A DNA stretch of 64,000 nt from Penicillus capitatus (taxonomy: Eukaryota > Plantae > Chlorophyta). Both the position numbers and the translations under genes were made by a program. Every line of letters begins with the position of its first letter. Within the stretch, counting starts at the first letter, position 1. The notes below the pieces were generated by a model. It did no database searches and had not been told where the DNA came from. It saw nothing but the letters and a program-made list of their open reading frames with translations. Positions 62,642 to 64,000 of this stretch are shown piece after piece. The stretch spans positions 1,549,197-1,613,196 of the forward strand of contig OZ287694.1 in assembly GCA_965649825.1 (NCBI GenBank), given 5' to 3'.

Positions 62642-63902
62642 TCATTCAATCTTCGTCTGCGTTCCTTGGAAGAGAATGGTCCCGTCTGATTCGTCCACGA
62701 TGAAGTACAGAAAAGGACGATCGACGATGATGTTGAACGGGGGAGGAGAAGTGGAATAAGGAGCACACCCCTCTAATGCGGAGACCGTCTTCGCTGACGC
62801 TTCCGTTCCCTACGCGACACTTCAGTCATCGCCGAGGCCGTAAAGAATCTCGACCTCTTCGTCCACAATGATCTTGGCCTTGTGAATGAATTCGGAGATC
62901 TTCACCGGTGCAATACGAGAGATTCCGGAGAAATCCGCCGCAGACGAGAAGGCAGTCGACAGGCCGAGCTTGACAAGCATGTCTTTCAGAGGCTCTAGCG
63001 TCTGCTCCATTTCCCATTTGGGCATTTTGAGATCGTTGACCTTAAAATCGCGGAACCCACCGGCAAACAGTGAGCCGATCTGACTCAAGAGGCCCTCTTC
63101 TGCTGTCTTCCATCCGTCGCGCTTCTTCGGCAGCAGGACGTACATCGTGAATTCATCCGTGAATTCATTCGTAAATTCCTCTCTTTCGTACGGCATGGCA
63201 AACAGAAGGGCGTCCAACGCACGCACATCCTTGACGCGGACTTTCAGTTCGCTCAGCCACATGAAAGGCACCCTCTGGTCGCCACCGACTGCGTGAAAGG
63301 TTTCGTCTCTTGTCCTGTCTACGGGGAAACTCGTTGTCCAGTTTCCCTTGAAGAAGAAGGCGCTGGAAACGACGAAGTTCGTGTCGGTCGAGAGGCCTCC
63401 GGGTGGAAGGATATCCGGAATCATCCCGGCCGTTCTCTTATTCACCCATGCGTTGATTCGGACGCGGACGTCTTCGGAGGATCGACGGAAATCCACCGAT
63501 CTGACGTTGGCCGGCCCGACGTGCTTCACGTACTTTTTCCTGATTTTGACCGACTGCTCGACGTAGATGCGGTTCGCCATCTTCGCGACGGAGTCGCCCG
63601 AGTACGCTGTCGCCTTGGAGGAAAGGCTGCTTCTGACGCGTTCATCCTAGACACGATTCGTCAGCCAAATCGCACGTGCGAAGCAGCCAGCACACATCGA
63701 ATTCGAAGAGATTCTCGAGTTCGGCCTTGGTCTCGCCGCGAGCGCCGTTGTAGATGAGGAAGAAGCACATGGCTATGGACAGGGGCGAGAAGATGAGATT
63801 CTCGTCCACGTGCTGCGGCCTCCATTCGGACAAGATCTGCTGCCCAAAAACGTTCACCGATCCCGCCGGCGATAACGGTTCGCCGTCGACGATCGAATGC
63901 AT
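62642..63902 (-). CDS. Serpin, duplicate copy
   Basis: Duplicate of 38182-39442 with the same reactive-centre loop. Any further upstream exon lies outside the window. Confidence 0.9.
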
Positions 63903-64000
63903 CCTGCACGAGTTCAGAAGAAGCGCCGCCGCAGAAAGGACAACACGAAGAGGGTGCGAGGACGGATAACAATCGCGACAGCCGGCTTTGTAACCTGCTT

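Larger units (their letters stand above)
50880..64000. repeat. Segmental duplication, copy 2 (of 27398-39540); runs off the window end
   Basis: Near-identical to copy 1 apart from scattered substitutions and one 978-bp insertion. Confidence 0.97.

Noticed and set aside
1-64000. tRNA, rRNA, CRISPR array, autonomous transposase/RT ORF, or TAA/TAG reassignment to Gln
   Set aside because: No cloverleaf, rRNA-like or spacer-repeat pattern and no RT/integrase motif were seen. Conserved genes end normally in TAA, TAG or TGA.

Overview
Eukaryotic nuclear DNA with short spliceosomal introns (about 35-90 nt, mostly GT-AG) and the standard genetic code. It is most likely a chlorophyte green alga, judged from an Alfin-like PHD gene and a plant-type uncharacterised protein; the species cannot be determined here. 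Two very different compartments are visible. (1) A hyper-compact housekeeping block at 3873-13915 holds five genes in strictly alternating orientation: Ap4A phosphorylase, CDKAL1, a DHX57/DHX29-type helicase, SURF6 and an Alfin-like PHD gene. The gaps between their coding regions are only 11-65, -3 (overlapping stop codons), 8 and 3 nt. (2) A dynamic accessory region is dominated by a family of divergent ankyrin-like/6TM TRP-like cation channel genes. There are ten loci: six apparently full length (one carrying a large beta-propeller), two copies of a pore-only fragment, one decayed copy and one copy knocked out by a transposon. They are interspersed with an intronless MFS transporter, a four-helix-bundle/U-box/beta-repeat protein and a serpin. 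A block of at least 12 kb (27398-39540) recurs near-identically at 50880-64000. The second copy carries a very recent 973-bp non-autonomous LTR element (TRIM) with identical 207-bp LTRs, PBS, PPT and a 5-bp TSD, inserted into a channel exon. No rRNA, tRNA or CRISPR array was seen. All exon structures and family calls were made by eye, without database searches.
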